Positions 32,930-44,026 of a DNA stretch of 47,087 bases are shown in pieces (position 1 is the stretch's first letter; each line of letters begins with the position of its first letter). Source of the DNA: a virus (lineage: Duplodnaviria > Heunggongvirae > Uroviricota > Caudoviricetes); IMG/VR virus record IMGVR_UViG_2718218131_000001; one strand, 5' to 3'. Both the position numbers and the translations under genes were made by a program. Below the pieces are notes generated by a model. The model saw only the letters and a program-made list of their open reading frames with translations, was not told the origin of the DNA and did not search any database.

Positions 32930-35471
32930 TCTTATTATTGACCTGAGTCTGGATGCGGTCCGTTTCGATGAGCAGATGAGCCGGGTAAGGCGTCATTTTT
33001 CAGGACTGGATACTGACGCCAGAAAAACCGCCACTGCTGTTGAACAGGGCCTGAGCCGTCAGGCGCTGGCTGCGCAAAAAGCCGGGATTTCCGTCGGACA
33101 GTATAAAGCGGCCATGCGAACCCTGCCCGCACAGTTTACGGATATCGCCACGCAGCTTGCCGGTGGTCAGAATCCCTGGCTGATCCTGCTGCAACAGGGC
33201 GGTCAGGTGAAGGACTCCTTCGGCGGGATGATCCCCATGCTCAGGGGGCTTGCCGGTGCGATCACCCTGCCGATGGTCGGGGTCACCTCGCTGGCGGTGG
33301 CGACAGGTGCGCTGGCGTACGCCTGGTACCAGGGGGATTCCACGCTTTCAGCGTTTAATAAAACCCTGGTTCTTTCCGGTAATCAGTCCGGACTGACTGC
33401 CGATCGCATGTTGACGCTCTCCAGAGCCGGACAGGCCGCAGGGCTGACGTTTAACCAGGCGAGTGAGTCACTGGCAGCCCTGGTGAATGCCGGTGTGCGT
33501 GGTGGTGAACAGTTTGATGCCATCAACCAGAGTGTCGCGCGTTTTGCTTCTGCATCCGGTGTGGAGGTGGACAAGGTTGCAGAGGCTTTCGGAAAACTGA
33601 CCACCGACCCTACGTCGGGGCTGATTGCGATGGCGCGCCAGTTCCGTAACGTGACGGCAGAGCAGATTGCGTATGTTGCTCAGTTGCAGCGTTCCGGCGA
33701 TGAAGCCGGGGCATTGCAGGCGGCGAACGAGGCCGCAACGAAAGGGTTTGATGACCAGACCCGCCGCCTGAAAGAGAACATGGGCACGCTGGAGACCTGG
33801 GCAGACAGGACAGCACGGGCATTCAAATCCATGTGGGATGCGGTGCTGGATATTGGTCGTCCTGATACCGCGCAGGAGATGCTGATTAAGGCAGAGGCTG
33901 CGTTTAAGAAAGCAGACGACATCTGGAATCTGCGCAAGGATGATTATTTTGTTAACGATGAAGCGCGGGCGCGTTACTGGGATGATCGTGAAAAGGCCCG
34001 TCTTGCGCTTGAAGCCGCCCGAAAGAAGGCTGAGCAGCAGACTCAACAGGACAAAAATGCGCAGCAGCAGAGCGATACCGAAGCGTCACGGCTGAAATAT
34101 ACCGAAGAGGCGCAGAAGGCTTACGAACGGCTGCAGACGCCGCTGGAGAAATATACCGCCCGTCAGGAAGAACTGAACAAGGCACTGAAAGACGGGAAAA
34201 TCCTGCAGGCGGATTACAACACGCTGATGGCGGCGGCGAAAAAGGATTATGAAGCGACGCTGAAAAAGCCGAAACAGTCCGGCGTGAAGGTGTCTGCGGG
34301 CGATCGTCAGGAAGACAGTGCTCATGCTGCCCTGCTGACGCTTCAGGCAGAACTCCGGACGCTGGAGAAGCATGCCGGAGCAAATGAGAAAATCAGCCAG
34401 CAGCGCCGGGATTTGTGGAAGGCGGAGAGTCAGTTCGCGGTACTGGAGGAGGCGGCGCAACGTCGCCAGCTGTCTGCACAGGAGAAATCCCTGCTGGCGC
34501 ATAAAGATGAGACGCTGGAGTACAAACGCCAGCTGGCTGCACTTGGCGACAAGGTTACGTATCAGGAGCGCCTGAACGCGCTGGCGCAGCAGGCGGATAA
34601 ATTCGCACAGCAGCAACGGGCAAAACGGGCCGCCATTGATGCGAAAAGCCGGGGGCTGACTGACCGGCAGGCAGAACGGGAAGCCACGGAACAGCGCCTG
34701 AAGGAACAGTATGGCGATAATCCGCTGGCGCTGAATAACGTCATGTCAGAGCAGAAAAAGACCTGGGCGGCTGAAGACCAGCTTCGCGGGAACTGGATGG
34801 CAGGCCTGAAGTCCGGCTGGAGTGAGTGGGAAGAGAGCGCCACGGACAGTATGTCGCAGGTAAAAAGTGCAGCCACGCAGACCTTTGATGGTATTGCACA
34901 GAATATGGCGGCGATGCTGACCGGCAGTGAGCAGAACTGGCGCAGCTTCACCCGTTCCGTGCTGTCCATGATGACAGAAATTCTGCTTAAGCAGGCAATG
35001 GTGGGGATTGTCGGGAGTATCGGCAGCGCCATTGGCGGGGCTGTTGGTGGCGGCGCATCCGCGTCAGGCGGTACAGCCATTCAGGCCGCTGCGGCGAAAT
35101 TCCATTTTGCAACCGGAGGATTTACGGGAACCGGCGGCAAATATGAGCCAGCGGGGATTGTTCACCGTGGTGAGTTTGTCTTCACGAAGGAGGCAACCAG
35201 CCGGATTGGCGTGGGGAATCTTTACCGGCTGATGCGCGGCTATGCCACCGGCGGTTATGTCGGTACACCGGGCAGCATGGCAGACAGCCGGTCGCAGGCG
35301 TCCGGGACGTTTGAGCAGAATAACCATGTGGTGATTAACAACGACGGCACGAACGGGCAGATAGGTCCGGCTGCTCTGAAGGCGGTGTATGACATGGCCC
35401 GCAAGGGTGCCCGTGATGAAATTCAGACACAGATGCGTGATGGTGGCCTGTTCTCCGGAGGTGGACGATGA
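32910..35471 (+). CDS. H: Tail tape measure protein H
   Basis: 853-aa ORF, same length as lambda gpH, coiled-coil-rich with Gly-rich C-terminus. Confidence 0.95.
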   Translation: MSQPVGDLIIDLSLDAVRFDEQMSRVRRHFSGLDTDARKTATAVEQGLSRQALAAQKAGISVGQYKAAMRTLPAQFTDIATQLAGGQNPWLILLQQGGQVKDSFGGMIPMLRGLAGAITLPMVGVTSLAVATGALAYAWYQGDSTLSAFNKTLVLSGNQSGLTADRMLTLSRAGQAAGLTFNQASESLAALVNAGVRGGEQFDAINQSVARFASASGVEVDKVAEAFGKLTTDPTSGLIAMARQFRNVTAEQIAYVAQLQRSGDEAGALQAANEAATKGFDDQTRRLKENMGTLETWADRTARAFKSMWDAVLDIGRPDTAQEMLIKAEAAFKKADDIWNLRKDDYFVNDEARARYWDDREKARLALEAARKKAEQQTQQDKNAQQQSDTEASRLKYTEEAQKAYERLQTPLEKYTARQEELNKALKDGKILQADYNTLMAAAKKDYEATLKKPKQSGVKVSAGDRQEDSAHAALLTLQAELRTLEKHAGANEKISQQRRDLWKAESQFAVLEEAAQRRQLSAQEKSLLAHKDETLEYKRQLAALGDKVTYQERLNALAQQADKFAQQQRAKRAAIDAKSRGLTDRQAEREATEQRLKEQYGDNPLALNNVMSEQKKTWAAEDQLRGNWMAGLKSGWSEWEESATDSMSQVKSAATQTFDGIAQNMAAMLTGSEQNWRSFTRSVLSMMTEILLKQAMVGIVGSIGSAIGGAVGGGASASGGTAIQAAAAKFHFATGGFTGTGGKYEPAGIVHRGEFVFTKEATSRIGVGNLYRLMRGYATGGYVGTPGSMADSRSQASGTFEQNNHVVINNDGTNGQIGPAALKAVYDMARKGARDEIQTQMRDGGLFSGGGR

Positions 35472-35797
35472 AGACCTTCCGCTGGAAAGTGAAACCCGGT
35501 ATGGATGTGGCTTCGGTCCCTTCTGTAAGAAAGGTGCGCTTTGGTGATGGCTATTCTCAGCGAGCGCCTGCCGGGCTGAATGCCAACCTGAAAACGTACA
35601 GCGTGACGCTTTCTGTCCCCCGTGAGGAGGCCACGGTACTGGAGTCGTTTCTGGAAGAGCACGGGGGCTGGAAATCCTTTCTGTGGACGCCGCCTTATGA
35701 GTGGCGGCAGATAAAGGTGACCTGCGCAAAATGGTCGTCGCGGGTCAGTATGCTGCGTGTTGAGTTCAGCGCAGAGTTTGAACAGGTGGTGAACTGA
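35468..35797 (+). CDS. M: Tail tip protein M
   Basis: 109-aa ORF in the lambda gpM position and size. Confidence 0.9.
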   Translation: MKTFRWKVKPGMDVASVPSVRKVRFGDGYSQRAPAGLNANLKTYSVTLSVPREEATVLESFLEEHGGWKSFLWTPPYEWRQIKVTCAKWSSRVSMLRVEFSAEFEQVVN

Positions 35798-36495
35798 TGC
35801 AGGATATCCGGCAGGAAACACTGAATGAATGCACCCGTGCGGAGCAGTCGGCCAGCGTGGTGCTCTGGGAAATCGACCTGACAGAGGTCGGTGGAGAACG
35901 TTATTTTTTCTGTAATGAGCAGAACGAAAAAGGTGAGCCGGTCACCTGGCAGGGGCGACAGTATCAGCCGTATCCCATTCAGGGGAGCGGTTTTGAACTG
36001 AATGGCAAAGGCACCAGTACGCGCCCCACGCTGACGGTTTCTAACCTGTACGGTATGGTCACCGGGATGGCGGAAGATATGCAGAGTCTGGTCGGCGGAA
36101 CGGTGGTCCGGCGTAAGGTTTACGCCCGTTTTCTGGATGCGGTGAACTTCGTCAACGGAAACAGTTACGCCGATCCGGAGCAGGAGGTGATCAGCCGCTG
36201 GCGCATTGAGCAGTGCAGCGAACTGAGCGCGGTGAGTGCCTCCTTTGTACTGTCCACGCCGACGGAAACGGATGGCGCTGTTTTTCCGGGACGTATCATG
36301 CTGGCCAACACCTGCACCTGGACCTATCGCGGTGACGAGTGCGGTTATAGCGGTCCGGCTGTCGCGGATGAATATGACCAGCCAACGTCCGATATCACGA
36401 AGGATAAATGCAGCAAATGCCTGAGCGGTTGTAAGTTCCGCAATAACGTCGGCAACTTTGGCGGCTTCCTTTCCATTAACAAACTTTCGCAGTAA
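35797..36495 (+). CDS. L: Tail tip protein L
   Basis: 232-aa ORF with C-terminal cysteine cluster (KCSKCLSGCKF) as in lambda gpL. Confidence 0.9.
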   Translation: MQDIRQETLNECTRAEQSASVVLWEIDLTEVGGERYFFCNEQNEKGEPVTWQGRQYQPYPIQGSGFELNGKGTSTRPTLTVSNLYGMVTGMAEDMQSLVGGTVVRRKVYARFLDAVNFVNGNSYADPEQEVISRWRIEQCSELSAVSASFVLSTPTETDGAVFPGRIMLANTCTWTYRGDECGYSGPAVADEYDQPTSDITKDKCSKCLSGCKFRNNVGNFGGFLSINKLSQ

Positions 36496-36500
36496 ATCCC

Positions 36501-37244
36501 ATGACACAGACAGAATCAGCGATTCTGGCGCACGCCCGGCGATGTGCGCCAGCGGAGTCGTGCGGCTTCGTGGTAAGCACGCCGGAGGGGGAAAGATATT
36601 TCCCCTGCGTGAATATCTCCGGTGAGCCGGAGGCGTATTTCCGTATGTCGCCGGAAGACTGGCTGCAGGCAGAAATGCAGGGGGAGATTGTGGCGCTGGT
36701 CCACAGCCACCCCGGTGGTCTGCCCTGGCTGAGTGAGGCCGACCGGCGGCTGCAGGTGCAGAGTGATTTGCCGTGGTGGCTGGTCTGCCGGGGTGAGATT
36801 CATAAGTTCCGCTGTGTGCCGCATCTCACCGGGCGGCGCTTTGAGCACGGTGTGACGGACTGTTACACACTGTTCCGGGATGCTTATCATCTGGCGGAGA
36901 TTGAGATGCCGGATTTTGTGCGTGAGGATGACTGGTGGCGTAACGGTCAGAATCTCTATCTGGATAATCTGGAGGCCACAGGGCTGTATCAGGTGCCGTT
37001 GTCAGCGGCGCAGCCGGGCGATGTGCTGCTGTGCTGTTTTGGTTCATCGGTGCCGAATCACGCCGCTATTTACTGTGGTGACGGCGAGCTGCTGCACCAT
37101 ATTCCTGAACAACTGAGTAAACGGGAGAGGTATACCGACAAATGGCAGCGACGCACACACTCCCTCTGGCGTCACCGGGAATGGCACGCATCTGCCTTTA
37201 CGGGGATTTGCAACGATTTGGCCGCCGCATCGACCTTCGTGTGA
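36501..37244 (+). CDS. K: Tail tip assembly protein K (JAB/MPN plus NlpC/P60-like domains)
   Basis: 247-aa ORF with HSHPGG JAMM-like motif and Cys/His peptidase-like region; lambda gpK position. Confidence 0.85.
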   Translation: MTQTESAILAHARRCAPAESCGFVVSTPEGERYFPCVNISGEPEAYFRMSPEDWLQAEMQGEIVALVHSHPGGLPWLSEADRRLQVQSDLPWWLVCRGEIHKFRCVPHLTGRRFEHGVTDCYTLFRDAYHLAEIEMPDFVREDDWWRNGQNLYLDNLEATGLYQVPLSAAQPGDVLLCCFGSSVPNHAAIYCGDGELLHHIPEQLSKRERYTDKWQRRTHSLWRHREWHASAFTGICNDLAAASTFV

Positions 37245-37813
37245 AAACGGGGGCTGAAGCCATCCGCGCACTGGCCACACAGCTCCCGGCGTTTCGTCAG
37301 AAACTGAGCGACGGCTGGTATCAGGTACGGATTGCCGGGCGGGACGTCAGCGCGTCCGGGTTAACGGCGCAGTTACATGAGACTCTGCCTGATGGCGCTG
37401 TGATTCATATTGTTCCCAGAGTCGCCGGGGCCAAGTCAGGTGGCGTATTCCAGATTGTCCTGGGGGCTGCCGCCATTGCCGGATCATTCTTTACCGCCGG
37501 AGCCACCCTTGCAGCATGGGGGGCAGCCATTGGGGCCGGTGGTATGACCGGCATCCTGTTTTCTCTCGGTGCCAGTATGGTGCTCGGTGGTGTGGCGCAG
37601 ATGCTGGCACCGAAAGCCAGAACTCCCCGTACACAGACAACGGATAACGGTAAGCAGAACACCTATTTCTCCTCACTGGATAACATGGTTGCCCAGGGCA
37701 ATGTTCTGCCTGTTCTGTACGGGGAAATGCGCGTGGGGTCTCGCGTGGTTTCTCAGGAGATCAGCACGGCAGACGAAGGGGACGGTGGTCAGGTTGTGGT
37801 GATTGGTCGCTGA
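37142..37813 (+). CDS. I: Tail tip assembly protein I
   Basis: 223-aa ORF MAATHTLPLASPGMARICLYGDLQRFGRRIDLRVKTGAEAIRALATQ... matches lambda gpI; overlaps end of K. Confidence 0.85.
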   Translation: MAATHTLPLASPGMARICLYGDLQRFGRRIDLRVKTGAEAIRALATQLPAFRQKLSDGWYQVRIAGRDVSASGLTAQLHETLPDGAVIHIVPRVAGAKSGGVFQIVLGAAAIAGSFFTAGATLAAWGAAIGAGGMTGILFSLGASMVLGGVAQMLAPKARTPRTQTTDNGKQNTYFSSLDNMVAQGNVLPVLYGEMRVGSRVVSQEISTADEGDGGQVVVIGR

Positions 37814-37873
37814 TGCAAAATGTTTTATGTGAAACCGCCTGCGGGCGGTTTTGTCGTTTATGGAGCGTGAGGA

Positions 37874-40800
37874 ATGGGTAAAGGCAGCAGTAAGGGGCAT
37901 ACCCCGCGCGAAGCGAAGGACAACCTGAAGTCCACGCAGCTGCTGAGTGTGATCGATGCCATCAGTGAAGGGCCGGTTGAAGGTCCGGTGGATGGATTAA
38001 AAAGCGTGCTGCTGAACAGTACGCCGGTGCTGGACAGTGAGGGGAATACCAACATCTCCGGCGTCACGGTGGTGTTCCGGGCAGGTGAGCAGGAGCAGAC
38101 ACCGCCGGAAGGTTTTGAATCCTCCGGCTCCGAGACGGTGCTGGGTACGGAAGTGAAATATGACACGCCGATCACCCGCACCATCACGTCGGCAAACATC
38201 GACCGTCTGCGCTTTACCTTCGGTGTGCAGGCACTGGTGGAAACCACCTCAAAGGGGGACCGGAATCCGTCGGAAGTCCGCCTGCTGGTTCAGATACAGC
38301 GTAACGGTGGCTGGGTGACGGAAAAAGACATCACCATTAAGGGCAAAACCACCTCGCAGTATCTGGCCTCGGTGGTGGTGGATAACCTGCCGCCGCGCCC
38401 GTTTAATATCCGGATGCGCAGGATGACGCCGGACAGCACCACAGACCAGCTGCAGAACAAAACGCTCTGGTCGTCATACACCGAAATCATCGATGTGAAA
38501 CAGTGCTACCCGAACACGGCACTGGTCGGCGTACAGGTGGACCCGGAGCAGTTCGGCAGCCAGCAGGTGAGTCGTAATTATCATCTTCGCGGGCGCATTC
38601 TGCAGGTGCCGTCGAACTATAACCCGCAGACGCGGCAATACAGCGGTATCTGGGACGGAACGTTTAAGCCAGCATACAGCAACAACATGGTCTGGTGTCT
38701 GTGGGATATGCTGACCCATCCGCGCTACGGCATGGGGAAACGTCTTGGTGCGGCGGATGTGGATAAATGGGCGCTGTATGTCATCGGCCAGTACTGCGAC
38801 CAGTCAGTGCCGGACGGCTTTGGCGGCACGGAGCCGCGCATCACCTGTAATGCGTACCTGACCACACAGCGCAAGGCGTGGGATGTGCTCAGTGATTTCT
38901 GCTCGGCGATGCGCTGTATGCCGGTATGGAACGGGCAGACGCTGACGTTCGTGCAGGACCGACCATCAGATAAGGTGTGGACCTATAACCGCAGTAATGT
39001 GGTGATGCCGGATGATGGCGCGCCGTTCCGCTACAGCTTCAGCGCCCTGAAGGACCGCCATAATGCCGTTGAGGTGAACTGGATTGACCCGAACAACGGC
39101 TGGGAGACGGCGACAGAGCTTGTTGAAGATACGCAGGCCATTGCCCGTTACGGTCGTAATGTCACGAAGATGGATGCCTTTGGCTGTACCAGCCGGGGGC
39201 AGGCACACCGCGCCGGGCTGTGGCTGATTAAAACGGAGCTGCTGGAGACGCAGACCGTGGATTTCAGCGTGGGTGCCGAAGGGCTTCGCCATGTGCCGGG
39301 TGATGTTATTGAAATCTGCGATGATGACTATGCGGGGATCAGCACCGGCGGGCGCGTGCTGGCGGTGAACAGCCAGACCCGGACGCTGACGCTCGACCGT
39401 GAAATCACGCTGCCATCCTCCGGCACCACGCTGATAAGCCTGGTTGACGGACAGGGGAATCCGGTCAGCGTGGAAGTTCAGTCCGTCACCGACGGCGTGA
39501 AGGTAAAAGTGAGCCGTGTTCCTGACGGTGTTGCTGAATACAGCGTGTGGGGGCTGAAGCTGCCGACGCTGCGCCAGCGCCTGTTCCGCTGCGTGAGTAT
39601 CCGTGAGAACGATGACGGCACGTATGCCATCACCGCCGTGCAGCATGTACCGGAAAAAGAAGCCATCGTGGATAACGGGGCGCACTTTGACGGCGACCAG
39701 AGCGGCACGGTGAATGGTGTCACGCCGCCAGCGGTGCAGCACCTGACCGCCGAAGTCACAGCAGATAGCGGGGAATATCAGGTGCTGGCGCGCTGGGACA
39801 CGCCGAAGGTGGTGAAGGGCGTGAGCTTCCTGCTCCGTCTGACCGTAACAGCGGATGACGGCAGTGAGCGGCTGGTCAGCACGGCCCGGACGACGGAAAC
39901 CACGTACCGCTTCACGCAACTGGCGCTGGGAAACTACAGGCTGACAGTCAGGGCGGCAAATGCCTGGGGGCAGCAGGGCGATCCGGCATCGGTATCGTTC
40001 CGGATTGCCGCACCGGCAGCGCCTGTCACTATTGAACTGATACCAGGGTATTTTCAGATAACAGCGGTCCCGAAACTGGCTGTATATGACCCGACGGTGC
40101 AGTTTGAGTTCTGGTTCTCGGAAAAGCGGATTGCGGATATCAGGCAGGTTGAAACCACAGCTCGCTATCTTGGCACGGCGCTGTACTGGATAGCTGCCAG
40201 TAGCAATATTAAGCCGGGTTATGATTATTACTTTTATATCCGCAGCGTGAATACCGTTGGTAAATCGGCATTTGTGGAGGCCGTCGGTCGGGCGAGCGAT
40301 GATGCGGAAGGTTATCTGAATTTTTATAAAGGGTTGATCAATAAAACGCATCTCGGCAAGGAACTGCTGGAAAACTTTGAGCTGACGGAAGATAACGCCA
40401 GCAGACTGGAGGAGTTTTCGAAAGAGTGGAAGGACGCCAACGATAAGTGGAATGCCATGTGGGGCGTCAAAATTGAGCAGACCGAAGACGGCAGGCATTA
40501 TGTCGCGGGGCTTGGCCTCAGCATGGAGGATACAGAGGAAGGCAAACTGAGCCAGTTCCTGGTTGCCGCTAACCGTATCGCGTTTATTGACCCGGCAAAC
40601 GGGAATGAAACGCCGATGTTTGTGGCGCAGGGCAATCAGATATTCATGAACGAAGTATTCCTGAAGTATCTGACGGCTCCTACCATTACCAGTGGCGGTA
40701 ATCCTCCGGTATTTTCGCTGACACCGGACGGAAAGCTGACCGCTAAAAATGCGGATATCAGTGGCAGTGTGAATGCGAACGCCGGGACGCTCAACAACGT

Positions 40801-41266
40801 CACGATTAATGAGAGCTGTACTATTAAGGGGATGCTTGATGCTAACCAGGTGCGTGGTGATTTTGTAAAAACGACAGGGCATCGATTTCCGCACCCCGGG
40901 GAATCCCCACAGGGTTCACTTACCGTTCATATTAAGGACGATCATGCCTTTGACAGGCAGATTATAATTCAACCAATCATGTACGGTGCACCACCATATT
41001 TTAGTAAAAATGATGGCGCTAATATCTACGATACCTGCAGATTAATTGTGCGCAAAAATGGCAATGTAATCTATGACAAATCCACTAGTGGTTCGAGAAG
41101 GACAACAGTCGTGTACAGCAATATCATTGATATGCCAGTGGGGGGCGGAGATGTAATATTAACATTTGAAGTTCAGTCGAGCGGCAGTGGAGAGCCCAGA
41201 ACATGGATCAGTGATTTAATGGTCTCGGTAACGAAAAAAGCCGCATCCGGTATCAGTATCAGTTGA
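37874..41266 (+). CDS. J: Central tail fibre / host-specificity protein J
   Basis: 1130-aa ORF in the lambda gpJ position with fibronectin-type repeats and C-terminal receptor-binding region. Confidence 0.95.
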   Translation: MGKGSSKGHTPREAKDNLKSTQLLSVIDAISEGPVEGPVDGLKSVLLNSTPVLDSEGNTNISGVTVVFRAGEQEQTPPEGFESSGSETVLGTEVKYDTPITRTITSANIDRLRFTFGVQALVETTSKGDRNPSEVRLLVQIQRNGGWVTEKDITIKGKTTSQYLASVVVDNLPPRPFNIRMRRMTPDSTTDQLQNKTLWSSYTEIIDVKQCYPNTALVGVQVDPEQFGSQQVSRNYHLRGRILQVPSNYNPQTRQYSGIWDGTFKPAYSNNMVWCLWDMLTHPRYGMGKRLGAADVDKWALYVIGQYCDQSVPDGFGGTEPRITCNAYLTTQRKAWDVLSDFCSAMRCMPVWNGQTLTFVQDRPSDKVWTYNRSNVVMPDDGAPFRYSFSALKDRHNAVEVNWIDPNNGWETATELVEDTQAIARYGRNVTKMDAFGCTSRGQAHRAGLWLIKTELLETQTVDFSVGAEGLRHVPGDVIEICDDDYAGISTGGRVLAVNSQTRTLTLDREITLPSSGTTLISLVDGQGNPVSVEVQSVTDGVKVKVSRVPDGVAEYSVWGLKLPTLRQRLFRCVSIRENDDGTYAITAVQHVPEKEAIVDNGAHFDGDQSGTVNGVTPPAVQHLTAEVTADSGEYQVLARWDTPKVVKGVSFLLRLTVTADDGSERLVSTARTTETTYRFTQLALGNYRLTVRAANAWGQQGDPASVSFRIAAPAAPVTIELIPGYFQITAVPKLAVYDPTVQFEFWFSEKRIADIRQVETTARYLGTALYWIAASSNIKPGYDYYFYIRSVNTVGKSAFVEAVGRASDDAEGYLNFYKGLINKTHLGKELLENFELTEDNASRLEEFSKEWKDANDKWNAMWGVKIEQTEDGRHYVAGLGLSMEDTEEGKLSQFLVAANRIAFIDPANGNETPMFVAQGNQIFMNEVFLKYLTAPTITSGGNPPVFSLTPDGKLTAKNADISGSVNANAGTLNNVTINESCTIKGMLDANQVRGDFVKTTGHRFPHPGESPQGSLTVHIKDDHAFDRQIIIQPIMYGAPPYFSKNDGANIYDTCRLIVRKNGNVIYDKSTSGSRRTTVVYSNIIDMPVGGGDVILTFEVQSSGSGEPRTWISDLMVSVTKKAASGISIS

Positions 41267-41287
41267 AATTTTTATAACCCCAATACG

Positions 41288-41312
41288 GGCGCCAGAAATG
41301 GCGCCTTTTTTA
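41288..41312 (+). terminator. Rho-independent terminator after J
   Basis: Hairpin GGCGCCA-GAAA-TGGCGCC followed by T6. Confidence 0.6.
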
Positions 41313-41335
41313 TTGCAGAAAAGCGAGAGGTAATT

Positions 41336-41935
41336 ATGCGTAAAGTTTGTGCAGCCATTTTGTCCGCAGCCATCTGTCTGGCCGTATCCGGTGCGTCTGC
41401 ATGGGCGTCTGAACATCAGTCCACACTGAGCGCAGGGTATCTTCATGCCCGTACGAACGCACCCGGCAGCGATAATCTGAACGGGATTAACGTGAAATAC
41501 CGTTATGAATTTACGGACACGCTGGGGCTGGTGACGTCATTCAGCTATGCAGGAGACAAGAATCGCCAGCTTACCCGTTACAGCGATACCCGCTGGCATG
41601 AGGATTCCGTGCGTAATCGCTGGTTCAGCGTGATGGCGGGGCCGTCTGTGCGCGTGAATGAATGGTTCAGCGCGTATGCGATGGCGGGTATGGCTTACAG
41701 CCGTGTGTCGACTTTCTCCGGGGATTATCTCCGCGTAACTGACAACAAGGGGAAAACGCACGACGTGCTGACCGGAAGTGATGACGGTCGCCACAGCAAC
41801 ACGTCTCTGGCATGGGGAGCTGGCGTGCAGTTTAACCCGACCGAATCCGTGGCCATTGATATTGCTTATGAAGGCTCCGGCAGTGGCGACTGGCGCACTG
41901 ACGGTTTCATCGTGGGTGTCGGTTATAAGTTCTGA
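41336..41935 (+). CDS. lom: Outer-membrane protein Lom (Ail/Lom family)
   Basis: 199-aa ORF with signal peptide and beta-barrel Ail/Lom signature ending ...[10 protein letters not shown]. Confidence 0.9.
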   Translation: MRKVCAAILSAAICLAVSGASAWASEHQSTLSAGYLHARTNAPGSDNLNGINVKYRYEFTDTLGLVTSFSYAGDKNRQLTRYSDTRWHEDSVRNRWFSVMAGPSVRVNEWFSAYAMAGMAYSRVSTFSGDYLRVTDNKGKTHDVLTGSDDGRHSNTSLAWGAGVQFNPTESVAIDIAYEGSGSGDWRTDGFIVGVGYKF

Positions 41936-41961
41936 TTAGCCAGGTAACACAGTGTTATGAC

Positions 41962-41989
41962 AGCCCGCCGGTTCAGGCGGGCTTTTTTG
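41962..41989 (+). terminator. Rho-independent terminator after lom
   Basis: Hairpin AGCCCGCC-(6 nt)-GGCGGGCT followed by T6. Confidence 0.6.
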
Positions 41990-41999
41990 TGGGGTGAAT

Positions 42000-43313
42000 A
42001 TGGCAGTAAAGATTTCAGGTGTACTGAAAGACGGCACAGGAAAACCGGTAGAGAACTGCACCATTCAACTGAAAGCCAGACGGACCAGCAGCACGGTGGT
42101 GGTGAACACGCTGGCCTCTGAAAATCCGGATGAAGCCGGGCGTTACAGCATGGACGTTGAGTACGGTCAGTACAGCGTCATTCTGTTGGTGGAAGGCTTC
42201 CCGCCGTCACATGCCGGGACCATCACCGTGTATGAAGATTCTCAACCGGGTACGCTGAATGATTTTCTCGGTGCCATGTCGGAGGATGACGTCCGGCCGG
42301 AGGCACTGCGTCGTTTTGAACTGATGGTGGAAGAGGTGGCGCGTCACGCTGAGGAGGCGAAGAAGAATGCCGGAGAGGCGGAGATGTCAGCAAGGAATGC
42401 CGGCATATCAGCCAGTCAGGCAGAAAAGAGCGCTGCACATGCTGACACTTCAGCAGGATATGCATCGGAGTCAGCCCGGCAGGCGGCAGAAAGTGCAGCC
42501 TCAGCAAAGCAGTCAGAGGAGGCGTCCTCGTCCTCGGCCTCTGAGGCCGCTCAAAAAGCCAGTGAGTCATCACAAAGTGCAGCAGAAGCTGAATTGTCAA
42601 GAAAGACGGCAGAAAGTGCAGCCGGTAATGCCGCCAGGGATGCAACGACCGCAGCAGAAAAAGCCCGGGAGTCAGCAGAAAGCGCACAGTCAGCGGAACA
42701 AAGCAGGATAGCGGCGGAAGACGCCGTAAACCGAATCCCCACCGTGGTGGGACCTCCCGGGCCAAAGGGGGAACAGGGGCCCGCGGGTCCTCAGGGGCCG
42801 AAGGGTGATAAGGGAGAGCGCGGTGACACCGGCCCTGTCGGGGCAACCGGCGAACGGGGACCGGCAGGTGATGCTGGTCCGGCAGGCCCGCAGGGGCCGA
42901 AAGGTGACAGGGGAGAGCGGGGAGAGACCGGTCTGACGGGAAATGCAGGTCCACAGGGTCCAAAGGGAGACACCGGTGCGGCAGGCCCGGCAGGCCCACA
43001 GGGACCGAAAGGAGAAACAGGTGCGGCTGGCCCGGTGGGGGCAACCGGACCTCAGGGACCGAAGGGCGACCCGGGGGAGACACAAATCCGTTTTCGTCTG
43101 GGGCCGGCGAGCATTATTGAGACAAACAGCAATGGCTGGTTCCCGGGTACAGATGGTGCGCTCATCACCGGACTGACCTTTCTTGACCCCAAAGATGCCA
43201 CACAGGTTCAGGGGCTGTTTCAGCATTTGCAGGTCAGGTTTGGTGACGGGCCGTGGCAGGATGTTAAGGGGCTGAATGAAGTGGGCAGTGATACAGGCAG
43301 AACAGGAGAATGA
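42000..43313 (+). CDS. stf: Side tail fibre protein, Stf-like N-terminus with collagen-like repeats
   Basis: Track ORF 41994..43313; ATG 42000 (MAVKISGVLKDGTGKPV...) matches lambda Stf N-terminal domain; Ala/Ser-rich coil, ~110 residues of G-X-Y repeats, short C-terminal domain. Confidence 0.85.
   Translation: MAVKISGVLKDGTGKPVENCTIQLKARRTSSTVVVNTLASENPDEAGRYSMDVEYGQYSVILLVEGFPPSHAGTITVYEDSQPGTLNDFLGAMSEDDVRPEALRRFELMVEEVARHAEEAKKNAGEAEMSARNAGISASQAEKSAAHADTSAGYASESARQAAESAASAKQSEEASSSSASEAAQKASESSQSAAEAELSRKTAESAAGNAARDATTAAEKARESAESAQSAEQSRIAAEDAVNRIPTVVGPPGPKGEQGPAGPQGPKGDKGERGDTGPVGATGERGPAGDAGPAGPQGPKGDRGERGETGLTGNAGPQGPKGDTGAAGPAGPQGPKGETGAAGPVGATGPQGPKGDPGETQIRFRLGPASIIETNSNGWFPGTDGALITGLTFLDPKDATQVQGLFQHLQVRFGDGPWQDVKGLNEVGSDTGRTGE
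42745..43080 (+). repeat. Collagen-like G-X-Y triplet repeats within stf
   Basis: Uninterrupted GPPGPKGEQGPAGPQGPKGDKGERGDTGP... for about 37 triplets. Confidence 0.85.
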
Positions 43314-43314
43314 C

Positions 43315-43584
43315 ATGAATATACTAAAAAAACTTATGCAGCGTCTGTGTGGTTGCGGAAAGCATGATGGCCGTGAACACGTGCAGTCGCTTACAGCACA
43401 ACTGCGACTGGGACCGGCAGACATTCTGGAGTCAGATGAGAATGGCATTATTCCGGAGCAGGACAGGATAATCACACAGGTGGTGATACTGGATGCAGAT
43501 AAAAAGCAGATACAGTGTGTGGTAAGACCGCTGCAAATCCTGCGTGCTGACGGGACGTGGGAAAATATTGGCGGGATGAAGTAA
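43315..43584 (+). CDS. Small protein paralogous to the stf C-terminal domain
   Basis: Track ORF 43276..43584; ATG 43315 after AGGAG, 1 nt past the stf stop; RLGPADILESDENGIIPEQDRIITQVVILD aligns with stf C-terminus RLGPASIIETNSNGWFPGTDGALITGLTFLD. Confidence 0.55.
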   Translation: MNILKKLMQRLCGCGKHDGREHVQSLTAQLRLGPADILESDENGIIPEQDRIITQVVILDADKKQIQCVVRPLQILRADGTWENIGGMK

Positions 43585-43602
43585 CCCGACAGCTTCACAA
43601 AA

Positions 43603-43626
43603 CCGGAGTCCGGCTCCGGTTTTTTG
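43603..43626 (+). terminator. Rho-independent terminator
   Basis: Hairpin CCGGAG-(5 nt)-CTCCGG flanked by A4 and T6. Confidence 0.6.
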
Positions 43627-43832
43627 TTGTCATGTCATGGTGATGTTTGTTAATGAAGTTAAATTTATTTTGGCTTGATAATGGAGTCTTATCTTTTGCA
43701 AGACTGATAATGGTGTGTGAAAGCATTGTGATAAGTAGGATGCTTCAACAGGAAATCAAGTAAAATGTTAATGAAGTTAATGGGGGTTTTATTATGCCAA
43801 TAAATTTAACACCATATCTAACAGTGCAAAAT

Positions 43833-43952
43833 GGCATCTGAATCGATCGCAGTTTGGCATTCGAATCGATCATGATTTGGCATCCATCTCCGATCACAGT
43901 TTGGCATCACAATCGATCACGATTTGGCATGCTTCCGATCATTGATTGGCAT
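43833..43952 (+). repeat. Six tandem ~23-bp repeats (GATCAC-GATTTGGCAT type) at the IS left end
   Basis: TTTGGCAT recurs with a 23-bp period at 43837, 43860, 43883, 43907, 43930 and 43952; inverted copies at 46395..46448; typical of multiple transposase-binding sites in IS21-family ends. Confidence 0.6.
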
Positions 43953-44026
43953 CCTGCCAGTCACTCCGGGAATTAACTCTTTTCACCACAGTCTCCATTG
44001 CCGTGTTTAAACCAGTGGAGACGTCA

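Noticed and set aside
38966-40894. 642-aa ORF on the minus strand inside the J gene
   Set aside because: Entirely antisense to the conserved lambda J coding sequence, Arg/Pro-rich low-complexity translation, no RBS; a GC-rich antisense artefact.
42223-43083. 286-aa Pro-rich minus-strand ORF across the stf collagen-like repeats
   Set aside because: Mirror-frame artefact of the G-X-Y repeat DNA; the plus-strand Stf frame is the conserved one.
43833-43952. Tandem 23-bp repeats considered as a possible CRISPR array
   Set aside because: Repeats are contiguous with no unique spacers, are mirrored in inverted orientation at the other end of the ist gene pair, and no cas genes are present; these are IS21-family terminal repeats.
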